Assembly (NCBI GenBank): GCA_040390065.1
Contig: JAZJZE010000034.1
Coordinates: 1-48,606 of the forward strand
Source: a bacterium
Lineage (GTDB): Archaea; Thermoplasmatota; E2; JACPAO01; JAHFTW01
Length of the DNA: 48,606 nucleotides
Reading direction: 5' to 3'
The notes under the pieces are model-generated. The model saw only the letters and a list, made by a program, of their open reading frames with translations, made no database searches and was not told the DNA's origin. How positions within the stretch are numbered: the first letter of the stretch is position 1; every line of letters starts with the position of its first letter. Positions 34,543 to 44,224 of the stretch are shown piece by piece. The translations under genes and the position numbers were made by a program.

Positions 34543-35025
34543 TTACACCTCCACGTACAGCGTCACGCGGTGCCAGTCACCGTCGGTGCCCGAGACGATG
34601 GTGGCGGTGACAGGGCTCTTGGCGAACCGCCCGCCGCTACCGGCGCCCACGTTGTCCGTGGTGGCCACGCCGTCTGAGCCCATCGCACGGTCCTCCTCGC
34701 AAACGAGGTCGAATCCGACGCCGAACGTCGAAGCCACGGAGACCGTGGTGCCGATGATGGCGTTCTGCTGCGTGTTCTTCAGCGTGCCGTCGTCCGTCCC
34801 GCCGTCGAGGGCGACCGCGGTCAGGAGAACCCGGCCGTCGGCGTCGCTCAACGCGAGCGTGTTGTTGGTGTCTACGTCGGTGTCGTCGCCCTTGAACTCG
34901 AATCCGACGACCCGGCCGTACACGGCGCCGAGGCCGATGAGGCCGCGGGCCTCGCCCGAGACCGCGCCAGCGCCGACATGGGAGGTGCCCGTGAGCACGT
35001 CCACGTACCGCTTCTTGATGGTCAT
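34543..35025 (-). CDS. Small virion protein, paralog family member 1
   Basis: LGAVYGR, SDADG, KSPVT and VEV motifs. Confidence 0.7.
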   Translation of the reverse strand: MTIKKRYVDVLTGTSHVGAGAVSGEARGLIGLGAVYGRVVGFEFKGDDTDVDTNNTLALSDADGRVLLTAVALDGGTDDGTLKNTQQNAIIGTTVSVASTFGVGFDLVCEEDRAMGSDGVATTDNVGAGSGGRFAKSPVTATIVSGTDGDWHRVTLYVEV

Positions 35026-35030
35026 GATGT

Positions 35031-35435
35031 CTACTCCTTGGCCCCTTCATCTGGGGCATCTTCGGGGCTGGCAAGGCCCGCTTCCGCAAGGTACGCGGTT
35101 CGCACGCTGTTGCGTGGCTGCCCGAACTGCTTCAGGACTCCCCGGCGGTTCTCGCCGAACTGCTCGGCGAGCAGGTAGATGTCCAGGTCCGACGAAGACG
35201 TGGCTTGGATGAGCTGCAAGGTCTGGGGGACGTTCGCCCCGGCCAGCCTGGCCTTCGCAATCTCGACCCGCTCCACCAGCGTCTTGCTGTTCCGCCTGGC
35301 GCGAGCGTGTGCGGCCTCCGTTGCGATGCGCTTGCTTTCCATGCGCCTCGCGTTCCGCTCTTCCCACCGGCTCGAAGGCCGGGGGCTGTCTTCGATGCTT
35401 GCATCCTCGATGTCGATGCCGGTCATGGTCTTCAT
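35031..35435 (-). CDS. Hypothetical protein
   Basis: GGAGG RBS; follows the capsid gene. Confidence 0.7.
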   Translation of the reverse strand: MKTMTGIDIEDASIEDSPRPSSRWEERNARRMESKRIATEAAHARARRNSKTLVERVEIAKARLAGANVPQTLQLIQATSSSDLDIYLLAEQFGENRRGVLKQFGQPRNSVRTAYLAEAGLASPEDAPDEGAKE

Positions 35436-35452
35436 CTACCCTCCGTCGTATG

Positions 35453-35503
35453 GGTGGGGTGGGGTCCCCTCGTCATCTCTCGACGCGCCAGGGTCCCCAC
35501 CCC
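35453..35503 (-). promoter_or_regulatory. Long GC-rich hairpin after the capsid gene (terminator, processing or stability element)
   Basis: GGGGTGGGG/CCCCACCCC, CCCT/AGGG and CGTC/GACG stems. Confidence 0.6.
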
Positions 35504-35511
35504 AACCTCAC

Positions 35512-36567
35512 TTACACGGTGGTCGCGTAGGCGATACCGTGGGCCCGACGGCTGTCCGTGATGAGGTTACCCATCGACAGGACCAGCGCCGTCTTGGCGT
35601 CCTGGTTGTACGGCCGCACGAACTCGGTCGGCGAGAGCCACGAGTCGGCGTGCTGGACGAACTCCAGGCGGTCCGAGTTCAGCATGAACCAGACCCCGCC
35701 ACCGGCAACCGTGTGGTCGCCGTCGGCCCAGGCGCCCGAGGAGGGCACGTCGGGGTCGAACACGACCTCGGCGGTCTTGTGGGCGATGGTCTCGAAACCG
35801 AGGTCAGCCGCCTTCAGACTCTGGAACCGGACGTTCGGGACGGCGAGCGCCTCGTACGCCTCGTAGTTCGCCTGCGTGGTCAGCTCCAAGTCCACCTTGG
35901 AGCGGTCCACCCGGATGTTGTTGTACAGGGTGTTCAGGTCGGCGATGCCGTCGAAAGACGTGAGGTCAATCGGCGTGCTCTCGTCGACGATGTTGGACTT
36001 CCACCACGAGTACGTCGAAGCGGCGATGCCGCCGAGCGCGGTGTCGGTCGTGGAGCAGCCGGTCGGGGCGCCAGCACCCGAGTCCGAAGACCCGAACTGC
36101 TTGCCGTCCGACACGATGCCCATGAGGCCGATGAAGTCCTTGCCGCCGTTCCCGTTGCCGGAACCGAACAGCATGGCGTTGAAGTCGTCCGCGATGGACA
36201 GCTTGAGCTGGTCCATCTTGGCCTGAAGCAGGTTGATGAGGGCGGCCGAGCCGCTGTTCTTCTTGACTTCCTCACCAGAGATGGTCACGGAGCCAGCGTG
36301 CTGGCGCCACTCGAACTCGACCCAACCGAGGCCTTCCTGCGGCGTCACGTCGATGAGGTCGTACCCTGAGTACGTACCCACCGTGTCGTTGAACGCGAAC
36401 AGGAGAGGCCTGCGGATGACGGTTCCGCCGTCCACCGTGATGCGCGACTTCATGTTCAGCCATGCGAGAAGGATGTTCTCGTTGCTGATTTGGTCGGTCA
36501 GGGTGGGGCGAACCTTGTCGAGCGTCGTGGTGACCAGAACGTCGAACTGGTCGCTGTAGATGCTCAT
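35512..36567 (-). CDS. Major capsid protein
   Basis: 351 aa after the scaffold; TTTL..LTDQI, GTYSGYD, INLLQAKM, LFGSG, F.RPYNQDA, GNLITD motifs. Confidence 0.92.
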   Translation of the reverse strand: MSIYSDQFDVLVTTTLDKVRPTLTDQISNENILLAWLNMKSRITVDGGTVIRRPLLFAFNDTVGTYSGYDLIDVTPQEGLGWVEFEWRQHAGSVTISGEEVKKNSGSAALINLLQAKMDQLKLSIADDFNAMLFGSGNGNGGKDFIGLMGIVSDGKQFGSSDSGAGAPTGCSTTDTALGGIAASTYSWWKSNIVDESTPIDLTSFDGIADLNTLYNNIRVDRSKVDLELTTQANYEAYEALAVPNVRFQSLKAADLGFETIAHKTAEVVFDPDVPSSGAWADGDHTVAGGGVWFMLNSDRLEFVQHADSWLSPTEFVRPYNQDAKTALVLSMGNLITDSRRAHGIAYATTV

Positions 36568-36603
36568 TTGGGTTGGTCTCCCGTAGGACTTGGAGCACCA
36601 GGC

Positions 36604-37521
36604 TTACCCTTCAGTCTTGACCTTCCGGCCGCTGAAGATGTTCTTGAACTTCAACCCAGTTTCCTTCTCGGTCTCGGCCATCGCCTGCTTCACCGCGTCC
36701 CTCAGACTCGTGGTCTTCGGGTCGATGCTCGTGCCGATGTTTGCGGACGAGCGCGGCTTGACTCCACCTGTGGCGGCTTGCTTGGCTGCCGCCTGGCGAG
36801 CTGCTGCAACGGCGCTCTCAACCTCCCTCTTGGCGGGGGCGGAGAGCTTGAAGTAGGCCTCGAATGGGGACGCGATGCCCTCCTCGATGGCGAACTTGAG
36901 AACCTGGACCCGCTCGAACGGCAGCTTCCCGTAGGTCTCCTCCAGCTGGTTCAACTCGCCGTTCCACTGAGTCTCCACCGCGCGGGTGGTCTCGATGTTG
37001 GCGAGCTGGTCCACCCGGTCCTCAAGTTCGACGACCGTGCGGGCGAGCGGGAGAATCTTCGGGGCGAGCTGCTGTGTCTCCCAGTCCTCGGGGTCGAACC
37101 CAAGGGCCTGGAGCAGGGCCTCGTCGGTGATGACCTCCGGTTCGGAGGTCGCCTCCTGGGATGAAGCTTCTGGCTCGGTGGCCAGACGTGCCTGGAGCTT
37201 GTGGATGTAGGTGTCCTGCTTCTGGAGCGACTCGTAGATGGTACGAGCCTGCTCCTCCGGGATGCCCGTCAGGTCGACGCCGAAGTACACATCGGGGATG
37301 GGGTCCTGTACCGCCTCAGCGGCCTCGGGGTCAGCCTCGACGACTTCCTCGTCGTCCTTACCTGGGATGGAACCGTCGTCTGCCGCAGGAGCAGACACTT
37401 CCTCGGTGCTGAAGTCCCATTCGTCCTCTTCGGCGAGCTTCTCGTCGGTGGGGAACTCGGACTCCTCGACCGCTTCCGCGAGTGCGGCGCGCAGGTCGGC
37501 TTGCGTGGCCGGGTCGGCCAT
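36604..37521 (-). CDS. Capsid scaffolding protein
   Basis: Acidic, helical protein between portal and capsid; C-terminal SLRDAVKQAM. Confidence 0.8.
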   Translation of the reverse strand: MADPATQADLRAALAEAVEESEFPTDEKLAEEDEWDFSTEEVSAPAADDGSIPGKDDEEVVEADPEAAEAVQDPIPDVYFGVDLTGIPEEQARTIYESLQKQDTYIHKLQARLATEPEASSQEATSEPEVITDEALLQALGFDPEDWETQQLAPKILPLARTVVELEDRVDQLANIETTRAVETQWNGELNQLEETYGKLPFERVQVLKFAIEEGIASPFEAYFKLSAPAKREVESAVAAARQAAAKQAATGGVKPRSSANIGTSIDPKTTSLRDAVKQAMAETEKETGLKFKNIFSGRKVKTEG

Positions 37522-37652
37522 GGGTGGTACCTCCGTTGTACCCTTTGCCCCTGGCGCGATGCGCTGTGGCTAGGGCCTCGACAGCGATTGCCCCTCCGGT
37601 GGCTGCGCGCGCAGTGGGTCCCCGGAGGGGGGCGGTCATGACTCCGCCTGTT

Positions 37653-39518
37653 CTACTTGGGCGTGATGCCCAAACCTTGTGGTGAGTTGGCGAAGGGCTG
37701 CGGCTGGGTGGCGAAGCTCGCCGCCTGGTCCTGCTGCTCCTTCATCTGGACTTCCTTGTCGGACTTGACCATCGCGCGGATGTCCTCGTCGCGGAAGCCC
37801 ATCTCCCGAGCCACGAACTTCAGCAGTTCGCCTCTGTCGGTCTCAGGGAGAGGGAGGGCCAGGTTCATGAATCCCATGGCCCTCTGCACCCGCTGGTCGC
37901 GGGTGAGGTTCTCTTTCGGCGTGAGCGAGATGAGCAGGTCGCAGTCCATGGCGATGTCTTCCTTCGTCCACTTCCAGGCGAACTCCTGGCCGGTGTCGTC
38001 GGTGTAGCGCATCATGCGCTCCTGGTCGTAGTAGACCTGCATCAGCTGGAGCATGCACCGGGCGATGGCGGTGTACCAGTCCTCAAGGGCACTCCGCCGC
38101 TCAGCCTGCCGCTCCTCGCCCTTGCCCGTGACAATCTGCGTCTCGGTGGCCGTGGTACGGCGCGTGGGGAACACCCCTCGCATCGGCTCGGAGGCGCCGG
38201 TTGCCTCCTTCATCTCGTATTGAACCTGCTCGGGGATGCTGAAGGCCTCCTGGGGGAGTGAGGGAATCTGCACCTGCCCGATTTGGTCCTTGCTGTACCC
38301 GTCGTTGATGCCGACGTACTCACCCCACGTGGCCGACTTGAACGCCTGCTTGCCAGCGTCCGTCATCGCGCTCTCCGGGCCGAAGAACTTGGGGATGGTC
38401 CGCGCGACGTAGGTCGCAGCGTTGGACCTGTACTCGTCCAACTCCTCCAGCGCGGGCTGGATGATGCGCATGTCGCCGAGCCCCTCGAACTGCTGGGGGT
38501 CGTCGCGGATGATGAGTGGCTTGAAGGGGTTGCGGTCCTCCAGGTCGAGGTTCATCATCAGCGGGTTGATGCGCTGGTGCAGGACCAGCTCCTGGTTGCC
38601 GTAGGGGAACACCGTCACCAGGCCGGTCTCGAAGTCCCACATCTCGACCACCGTCACGCGGCTATCGTCGTTGGTGTCGTCCTCGCCCAGCTCACCCAGC
38701 TCGGTGTCCATGTCCATGCCGACGCTGATGTGGCAGTCGCCCTCCAGCTCGTCCAGCATCTTCGGACCCTTGCGGGCGCCGTAGCGGTCCTTGACGAACT
38801 GCTCCCACGCGGGGTTGCCCTTGACCTCGGCCTCGGGCATAAGCGTGTACTGGGCGACCCAGCGCACGTCCTCGATTTGCTTCGCGCTCGGGTCGTAGCG
38901 GATGAGGTCCCACGGCACGTAGTCGACGCAAACGCGGTCTCTCAGGACGATGGGCACCGTCTCCGTGAGTTTCAGCTCCTCTGAGGCCACTCCAGCGGCG
39001 ATGTCCTCCTCGGTCACCTCGTCCAGGCCGTGCAGGTCCTTGTACTCCTTGAGCTGCTCCTCCAGGGCCTCCTGGGGGATGTCGCGCATCTCCACGTCCT
39101 CGACGTAGTCGTAGTAGACCTTGGCCCAGCCCACGTCCACGAGGAGGGAATCCTTGATGGCCTTCTTGGCGCGCTTCTGGCCCTTGGTATCGCGCCAGGC
39201 CTGGTTCAGCCCTCGCGTAGCGACCAGCGCCTGGACCTGGGTGCCGTGCCCAATCTGCTCCAGGATGAACTGTACGTCGACGGCGGTCATCGAGGCGTAC
39301 ATCGTGTCGATGATGCCGATGCCGGAGGTCACCGTGACGCGGTGCCCGTCCTCGTTGACCTGGTCGTCCTCGACCTTGTTCGCGTAGCGGTCCATGAAGG
39401 ACTCGCGTTCGTCCTTGCCAACGTCGAACTTGCGGTCCGCGATACGAAGCCTGCGGTCGTAGACCTTGAGCATCGTCTCCTCGTCCTTGTAGACGCGGAA
39501 CACCTCGTTCGCTGCCAT
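37653..39518 (-). CDS. Portal protein (P22-like size)
   Basis: 621 aa after the terminase; VGWAKVYY, YDPSA, VVEMWD, G....TTATE motifs. Confidence 0.9.
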   Translation of the reverse strand: MAANEVFRVYKDEETMLKVYDRRLRIADRKFDVGKDERESFMDRYANKVEDDQVNEDGHRVTVTSGIGIIDTMYASMTAVDVQFILEQIGHGTQVQALVATRGLNQAWRDTKGQKRAKKAIKDSLLVDVGWAKVYYDYVEDVEMRDIPQEALEEQLKEYKDLHGLDEVTEEDIAAGVASEELKLTETVPIVLRDRVCVDYVPWDLIRYDPSAKQIEDVRWVAQYTLMPEAEVKGNPAWEQFVKDRYGARKGPKMLDELEGDCHISVGMDMDTELGELGEDDTNDDSRVTVVEMWDFETGLVTVFPYGNQELVLHQRINPLMMNLDLEDRNPFKPLIIRDDPQQFEGLGDMRIIQPALEELDEYRSNAATYVARTIPKFFGPESAMTDAGKQAFKSATWGEYVGINDGYSKDQIGQVQIPSLPQEAFSIPEQVQYEMKEATGASEPMRGVFPTRRTTATETQIVTGKGEERQAERRSALEDWYTAIARCMLQLMQVYYDQERMMRYTDDTGQEFAWKWTKEDIAMDCDLLISLTPKENLTRDQRVQRAMGFMNLALPLPETDRGELLKFVAREMGFRDEDIRAMVKSDKEVQMKEQQDQAASFATQPQPFANSPQGLGITPK

Positions 39519-39521
39519 GGA

Positions 39522-40982
39522 CTAGCTCCTTGGGGTGATGGTCGGGATGAAGGTCGGCCGCCTCTTGCGGCTGCTGCCGCCGAGCCACTGGTGGCTGGGC
39601 TTGGCCAGGAGCTGGTCGAACACGGACCCGTACTCGGTCGGCTCGTACTCGCGCTTGTCCGGCTCCGCGTCAGCGTCGCGCGGGCCGAAGGGCAGGAGCA
39701 TCGAGGCGCCGTACCGGACCGCGTCCACCGTGTGGGAGGTCCAGTCGTGCACGGGGTTCTCTCCTGTGCGCACGCCGTTCTTGTCGAGCTTCCACTTGTG
39801 CGAGCTGAAGGCGTCGCTGACGCGCTTGGCCCGCGAGCTGTTCACGAACACCCGGTCACCGGCCATCATGTTGGAGATGATGCGGATGGCGAAGTCCTGC
39901 GGGCGGCGGGGCACGGGGACCACGTGGACCCCGGCGGCGTTGAGGTCGTCGATGACGGATGTGGCCGTGACGCTGTTTCGCTGCACGCCTGCCGGGTCGC
40001 CGAAGTCACCGCGGGTCCGCTGGCCGGGGTACACCTGCTCCATGAGCGTGTGGTACGCCGAGGCCCACGTCTTGGCGGGCCAGTCCTTGGCCTCGATGCA
40101 GTCGAGGATGAACAGGTACGGCAACTTGACCTTCTTGTTGGGGCCGATTTCGATGGTCCGCCACTCGACCTGGGCCATGATGCAGACGCCGGGGTCGCCG
40201 ACGCCGAAGTCCCAGAAGCTGTAGAGCGGGAACTCCGGGTTGTACTCCAGCGGGATGCACTGGGTGTCGGGGTTCCAGTCGGGGAACACGCCGCCCTCGA
40301 CGAGGCCGACGAATCGGCCGAGGACCTCCTGCTCGTACCAGCGGCCGGAGTACGACTTCTCCATCATGTCGAGGTAGTCGTCGTCCAGGTGCGTGTTCTC
40401 GCGCATCGGCGCGTTGTACCAGACCGCGTCGGGGTATTCACGCTGGTGCGTGTCCCCCTCGGGGTTGAACACGTCGTACATCCAGTCGTACCCGTTCGGC
40501 GTGGAGGCGACCCAGGCGCCGCGCGTGTAGCCGCGCTGGCGGAGGCGGCCGGTCAGCAGCTTCCAGTCGTTCAGGGTGACGTTGCGACCCTCGTCGATGA
40601 AGGCCCATGTGTACTCGGGACCACGGATGATGTTGTCCGGGCGGTCCAGCGAGCGGAGTCGGATGATGGCCCCGTTCTTGAGGGTCAGCTCCTTCTCAGA
40701 CTTCTTGTAGTCGCGCTCCCACTCAGCTAGCCCGGTGCGGGCGGTGATTTCCTGGAGCTGGGGGATGATGATGTCTCGGAGGGCGGGGTAGGAGACCGCC
40801 GCGATGATGCCGTGCGGAGCGTGGAAGACGCCTTCCGGCTTCGGCTGCGTTGCGAACTTGAGCCCTCGGGCGATTCCGGCCCACGTCTTACCAGAGCCCA
40901 GACCGCCAATGTATGCGCTAAACTTCTCATCGCCGCGTACGAAGTCCTCCTGGGCGCCTGGGTTGAGTACGAGCTTAGCCAC
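39522..40982 (-). CDS. terL: Terminase large subunit
   Basis: GGLGSGKT, RG, FIDE, STPNG; nuclease residues WDFG, DPAG, HTVDAVRY. Confidence 0.97.
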   Translation of the reverse strand: MAKLVLNPGAQEDFVRGDEKFSAYIGGLGSGKTWAGIARGLKFATQPKPEGVFHAPHGIIAAVSYPALRDIIIPQLQEITARTGLAEWERDYKKSEKELTLKNGAIIRLRSLDRPDNIIRGPEYTWAFIDEGRNVTLNDWKLLTGRLRQRGYTRGAWVASTPNGYDWMYDVFNPEGDTHQREYPDAVWYNAPMRENTHLDDDYLDMMEKSYSGRWYEQEVLGRFVGLVEGGVFPDWNPDTQCIPLEYNPEFPLYSFWDFGVGDPGVCIMAQVEWRTIEIGPNKKVKLPYLFILDCIEAKDWPAKTWASAYHTLMEQVYPGQRTRGDFGDPAGVQRNSVTATSVIDDLNAAGVHVVPVPRRPQDFAIRIISNMMAGDRVFVNSSRAKRVSDAFSSHKWKLDKNGVRTGENPVHDWTSHTVDAVRYGASMLLPFGPRDADAEPDKREYEPTEYGSVFDQLLAKPSHQWLGGSSRKRRPTFIPTITPRS

Positions 40983-41181
40983 GGAACAGCTCTCCCAGCG
41001 CCATGATGAGGGTGGTGAATCCGACCACCATCAGCCCGGCACCGATGAGGCGCTCTTCGGCGGTGGGGACGAGGCGCCAGCCGAGCTTCCACAGCAACTT
41101 CTGGCGTGGGGTACCCTGCGGGTCCCCGAGCGGGTACTTGCCCTCTGGGACCGCCAAGGCGTCCCGAAGCCAGCGTGGCAC
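40975..41181 (-). CDS. Small membrane protein (VPRWLRDAL...)
   Basis: TAGTG coupling; C-terminal hydrophobic helix. Confidence 0.5.
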   Translation of the reverse strand: MPRWLRDALAVPEGKYPLGDPQGTPRQKLLWKLGWRLVPTAEERLIGAGLMVVGFTTLIMALGELFRG

Positions 41182-41402
41182 TAGTCGCGGTTCGCGTGGA
41201 TGCTGCCCGACGCGGTGCGCCCGGGCGTGCCCTGCGCGTTGAAGCCGTCGCGGGCGGTCCACTTTGTCTCGCGGTTCTCCCGGGGCGTGTCGTCAGCGCG
41301 CACAGAAGCCGCCGTGCCCGTCTCGGTCACGTGCGGAGTGGCGGCGGTCTGGTTCACGCCGGTCCGGGGCCAGCCTGCGGCCCGTCTGGTTGTCTCGGTC
41401 AC
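41181..41402 (-). CDS. Hypothetical protein
   Basis: AAGGAG RBS; GTGA coupling. Confidence 0.65.
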   Translation of the reverse strand: MTETTRRAAGWPRTGVNQTAATPHVTETGTAASVRADDTPRENRETKWTARDGFNAQGTPGRTASGSIHANRD

Positions 41403-41581
41403 ACTGGCTCCTTGTAGACCCAGTCGCCGTCCTGGTAGACCTTGCCGCCAGGCCAGCGGAACGTGTCATGGATGGACGGCTCGTGGAGCCGCCAGCCGCG
41501 GACGCCCTTGCCGCTCGGCGAGGGGATGCTCTTCACAGCGCGCACGGCGCGCCACACGAACAGCTTCTCTCTCAGCGTCAT
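41399..41581 (-). CDS. Hypothetical protein (MTLREKLFVW...)
   Basis: GGAG RBS; coupled at both ends. Confidence 0.6.
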   Translation of the reverse strand: MTLREKLFVWRAVRAVKSIPSPSGKGVRGWRLHEPSIHDTFRWPGGKVYQDGDWVYKEPV

Positions 41582-41832
41582 AGAGTCTCCAGTGTCAGGG
41601 GGTACAGGTGGTCGACCAGCTTGAGCGCGTCGATGAGTGCCTGCCGGGGCCGACGTTGGTCGGCGCCCTGAACCTCGGGGGTCTGTAGTACGGCGGTGAG
41701 CGAAGCGGTGACCCAGTCCAGCAGCTCCTGCGTGAGCATGTGCGTACGCAGTTGCGCGTCGTCGGCGCGAGGCTCTGAGCCGGGGCCCTCGATTGGGGCG
41801 TCCTCCGGGTTCCGGGTACGGAACAACGGCAC
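41578..41832 (-). CDS. Hypothetical protein
   Basis: GGAGG RBS before GTG. Confidence 0.65.
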   Translation of the reverse strand: MPLFRTRNPEDAPIEGPGSEPRADDAQLRTHMLTQELLDWVTASLTAVLQTPEVQGADQRRPRQALIDALKLVDHLYPLTLETL

Positions 41833-41858
41833 CAGGTCCTCCCCTCGCTGCGGTTGGG

Positions 41859-42254
41859 CTACTCGAACAGTTCGTCACCTGCCGGTGGTGCCTCTGGAGC
41901 GGCCTCCTGGGTGGGCTTGACGGACGCGGGGCGTCCCAGCTCCCACTCAAGGAGCCGCGTGAGCGCGGTGACCCGCGTTTCCAGCTTCAGGTCCTCGAAG
42001 TCGTCCTCACCGAGAGCGGCGTGGATGAGTTCGCCGACCAGCTTGTCGAGCTTCCCGCGGATGGCGTCGTGGACGCGCTCCTCCGGGGACATCAGTGCCT
42101 TGCGCCTGCGGACCTCGCCGGAGCGGCGGCCAGCTTCGGCTGCGCTCTCGGCGTCCCACGCGGTGGGCGGGGCCATGAACGCATGGCGGACCGGCTCCGT
42201 GACCCCGCGCAGGTCAGTCGTGTGGGCAGATTGCTCTGGCTCTTCGTTCATCAT
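41859..42254 (-). CDS. First late gene, possible terminase small subunit
   Basis: AAEAGRRSGEVRRRK motif and helical body ending E..LGRP; position upstream of terL. Confidence 0.55.
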   Translation of the reverse strand: MMNEEPEQSAHTTDLRGVTEPVRHAFMAPPTAWDAESAAEAGRRSGEVRRRKALMSPEERVHDAIRGKLDKLVGELIHAALGEDDFEDLKLETRVTALTRLLEWELGRPASVKPTQEAAPEAPPAGDELFE

Positions 42255-42388
42255 CTGGCTTCTCCCTAGGTTCCCGTACGTGTTGGGGAACCTGTTCCAG
42301 TGTCTGAAGAGCAACTGCAATCGGCCAGCACTTCTGTTTGGCTGAGCCGTATGGGCATCCGCCTCACTTCGTTCGGCTCTTGCTCTCT

Positions 42389-42410
42389 CACCACTGTACA
42401 GGCTGTCAAC
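42389..42410 (-). promoter_or_regulatory. Phage promoter motif copy D (GTTGAC-N7-ACAGTGGTG), likely the late promoter
   Basis: Matches copies A-C; points into the late operon. Confidence 0.7.
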
Positions 42411-42686
42411 GGGGTAAATCGCGGCCCTTGCCCTGCAAACAATCCGAGGGAAGTAGGGGCGTTGACCGAGGAGGTAACCCCAAGCGGCCTTCAGGTCCCC
42501 GTCCCCCAGCATTTGGCATGGTGATGGAGCCATTAGACCTAGGTCCTTTGCCCAGGGTGGGCATTTGGTCCCGGTCGTTAGGGGGTGGGTGTGCGTTGGC
42601 CTTAGGTCTTGAGCCCTAACACCTAGCAAAGGTCTCCCCCTCCCTAGGCCCTTAGTACTAGGACCAAAGAGAGGACCAATCGGCCG

Positions 42687-42715
42687 TAGACGCTGGCATA
42701 TGCCCGTGCTACCAT
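42687..42715 (+). promoter_or_regulatory. Housekeeping-sigma early promoter
   Basis: TAGACG-N17-TACCAT with an extended TG. Confidence 0.6.
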
Positions 42716-42782
42716 AGGCCGAAGGCCGGGGTCAGGCCCGAACAACCGTTCGGTACCCCGGCTGGCGAAGGGACTAGGACCA

Positions 42783-42872
42783 ATGACCTACGACTCTTGC
42801 ACCGACCCGGACCATGAGGCCTACGACCCTCACTACCACCGTTCGGGGGACACCTACTGGCAGAAGCCCTAG
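42783..42872 (+). CDS. Possible 29-aa peptide (MTYDSCTDPDHEAY...)
   Basis: Start and stop both lie inside TAGG-N8-CCTA boxes; weak RBS. Confidence 0.35.
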   Translation: MTYDSCTDPDHEAYDPHYHRSGDTYWQKP

Positions 42873-42954
42873 GCCCTTGGGCCTACCTTCCCCGGAGGGT
42901 AGGTCCATGGACTTAGGTCACCAGACCTAGGCCAGATGGAAGGGAGCACGGACG

Positions 42955-43401
42955 ATGGACCTAGACCGTAAGTACCTTCCGGATAGGCTGAATGCGAAGG
43001 GGGTGCGATGGGCCTACGACGGATGCCCCGGGTTGTCGACAGACGACCTACTCCGTGCGCCCTACGCCCCCGCGCGTGGCCTAGTTCGGATGCCAGAGCG
43101 CCTCGGCGCAGGACGTAGGCCGGTTCGCAACGGCTACGTCATCGGAACTAGGGCGGAAGCCATGGCCGCGGCCATCGGCCTAAGCCCTCTGGAGACCGCG
43201 AGTCGGCCGTTCGGCGAGGTCGCCTTCGTCGAAAGCCCTAGGCCGACGGTGGCGGCCCGCGAGCGGAAGGCCGTAGGCCGAACGGAGGCCGTCGAGGCCA
43301 TCCGGCCTAGGCTGGACGGCTCATCGCCCGTAGTCCTTTCGGACCACGAGATGATGGCCGCCCTAGGCATCACGCCCATCCGCATGGGCGAGATGGACTA
43401 G
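42955..43401 (+). CDS. Hypothetical early protein
   Basis: AAGGGAG RBS; first long early ORF; unusually CTAG-rich. Confidence 0.65.
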   Translation: MDLDRKYLPDRLNAKGVRWAYDGCPGLSTDDLLRAPYAPARGLVRMPERLGAGRRPVRNGYVIGTRAEAMAAAIGLSPLETASRPFGEVAFVESPRPTVAARERKAVGRTEAVEAIRPRLDGSSPVVLSDHEMMAALGITPIRMGEMD

Positions 43402-43513
43402 GCCATTGGGCCTAGGCCTCCTGCCCGGGGGTCTAGGTCCTTTGGCGTGTTCCATCGCCATCGGGCGTAGGGCGCACGAACAGGGTGAGCCGTTCGGCCT
43501 AAGTCGAAAGGGC

Positions 43514-43533
43514 TTGACACCCTGTGCTACACT
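43514..43533 (+). promoter_or_regulatory. Extended -10 promoter TGCTACACT with TTGACA only 8 bp upstream
   Basis: TTGACA-CCCTGTGC-TACACT upstream of an RBS. Confidence 0.5.
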
Positions 43534-43561
43534 GAGGGTAGTTCAGAAAGGCGGTGAGAGC

Positions 43562-43726
43562 ATGAGCGAGCCGCGTATCTACAACATTCGGTACCCTGTC
43601 GAGCAGAGGGACTACGTCGAAGGACGTACGGAGTACCCGAACGGCACAGTCCGAACGATTGAGTACGTGGGGAACGGCCTAGTCCGAGTGACCTGGGACG
43701 ATTCCCTGTTCTGGGACAGGCACTAG
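43562..43726 (+). CDS. Hypothetical early protein (MSEPRIYNIRY...)
   Basis: RBS AAAGGCGGTGA. Confidence 0.7.
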   Translation: MSEPRIYNIRYPVEQRDYVEGRTEYPNGTVRTIEYVGNGLVRVTWDDSLFWDRH

Positions 43727-43793
43727 GCCTTTGGTCCTACACCAACGACAGTGGTGGTGTAGGTCCATGGACCTATTGACAGGGGGTGAGACA

Positions 43794-43988
43794 ATGAGCT
43801 GGAACCCTGAGGCGTACGAGGCTTCGCTGACTCGCGGCTTTCGTGAGGCGGCGGAACAGTACGAGGCACAGGTACTTTCGGAGGATGGGCCGGACGGCCT
43901 AGCGGCCGTCGAGGCGGCCTACTTCGAAGAGCATCCGGACGTGAAGCTGTACGGGGGCCGCTACCTGTTGGGGCAGCGCCCGTACTAG
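43794..43988 (+). CDS. Hypothetical early protein (MSWNPEAYE...)
   Basis: RBS AGGGGGTGA. Confidence 0.7.
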   Translation: MSWNPEAYEASLTRGFREAAEQYEAQVLSEDGPDGLAAVEAAYFEEHPDVKLYGGRYLLGQRPY

Positions 43989-44059
43989 GCTGAGTGCCCT
44001 AGGTCCGTTGCTATTGACGGGCATGGGACACTGAACCTAGACGGAACGGAGGTGATTAC

Positions 44060-44224
44060 ATGGACGGGTGGTGGGGCGGTATTGAGGAGCTTGAGGACAT
44101 CATGGCCGAATCGTTGTTCGGCCTCTCCGCAGGCGTAGAGACAGTGGACGGCTGCGAGGTCGAGCCCGACGGGCAGTGCGAGCATGGCTTTCTGAGCCCG
44201 CTGCTTGAGGCGGGCCTCATCTAA
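44060..44224 (+). CDS. Small protein, 54 aa, with a DGCEVEPDGQCEHG motif; absent from the ORF track
   Basis: GGAGGTGA RBS; Cys/His motif recalled from phage early proteins. Confidence 0.75.
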   Translation: MDGWWGGIEELEDIMAESLFGLSAGVETVDGCEVEPDGQCEHGFLSPLLEAGLI

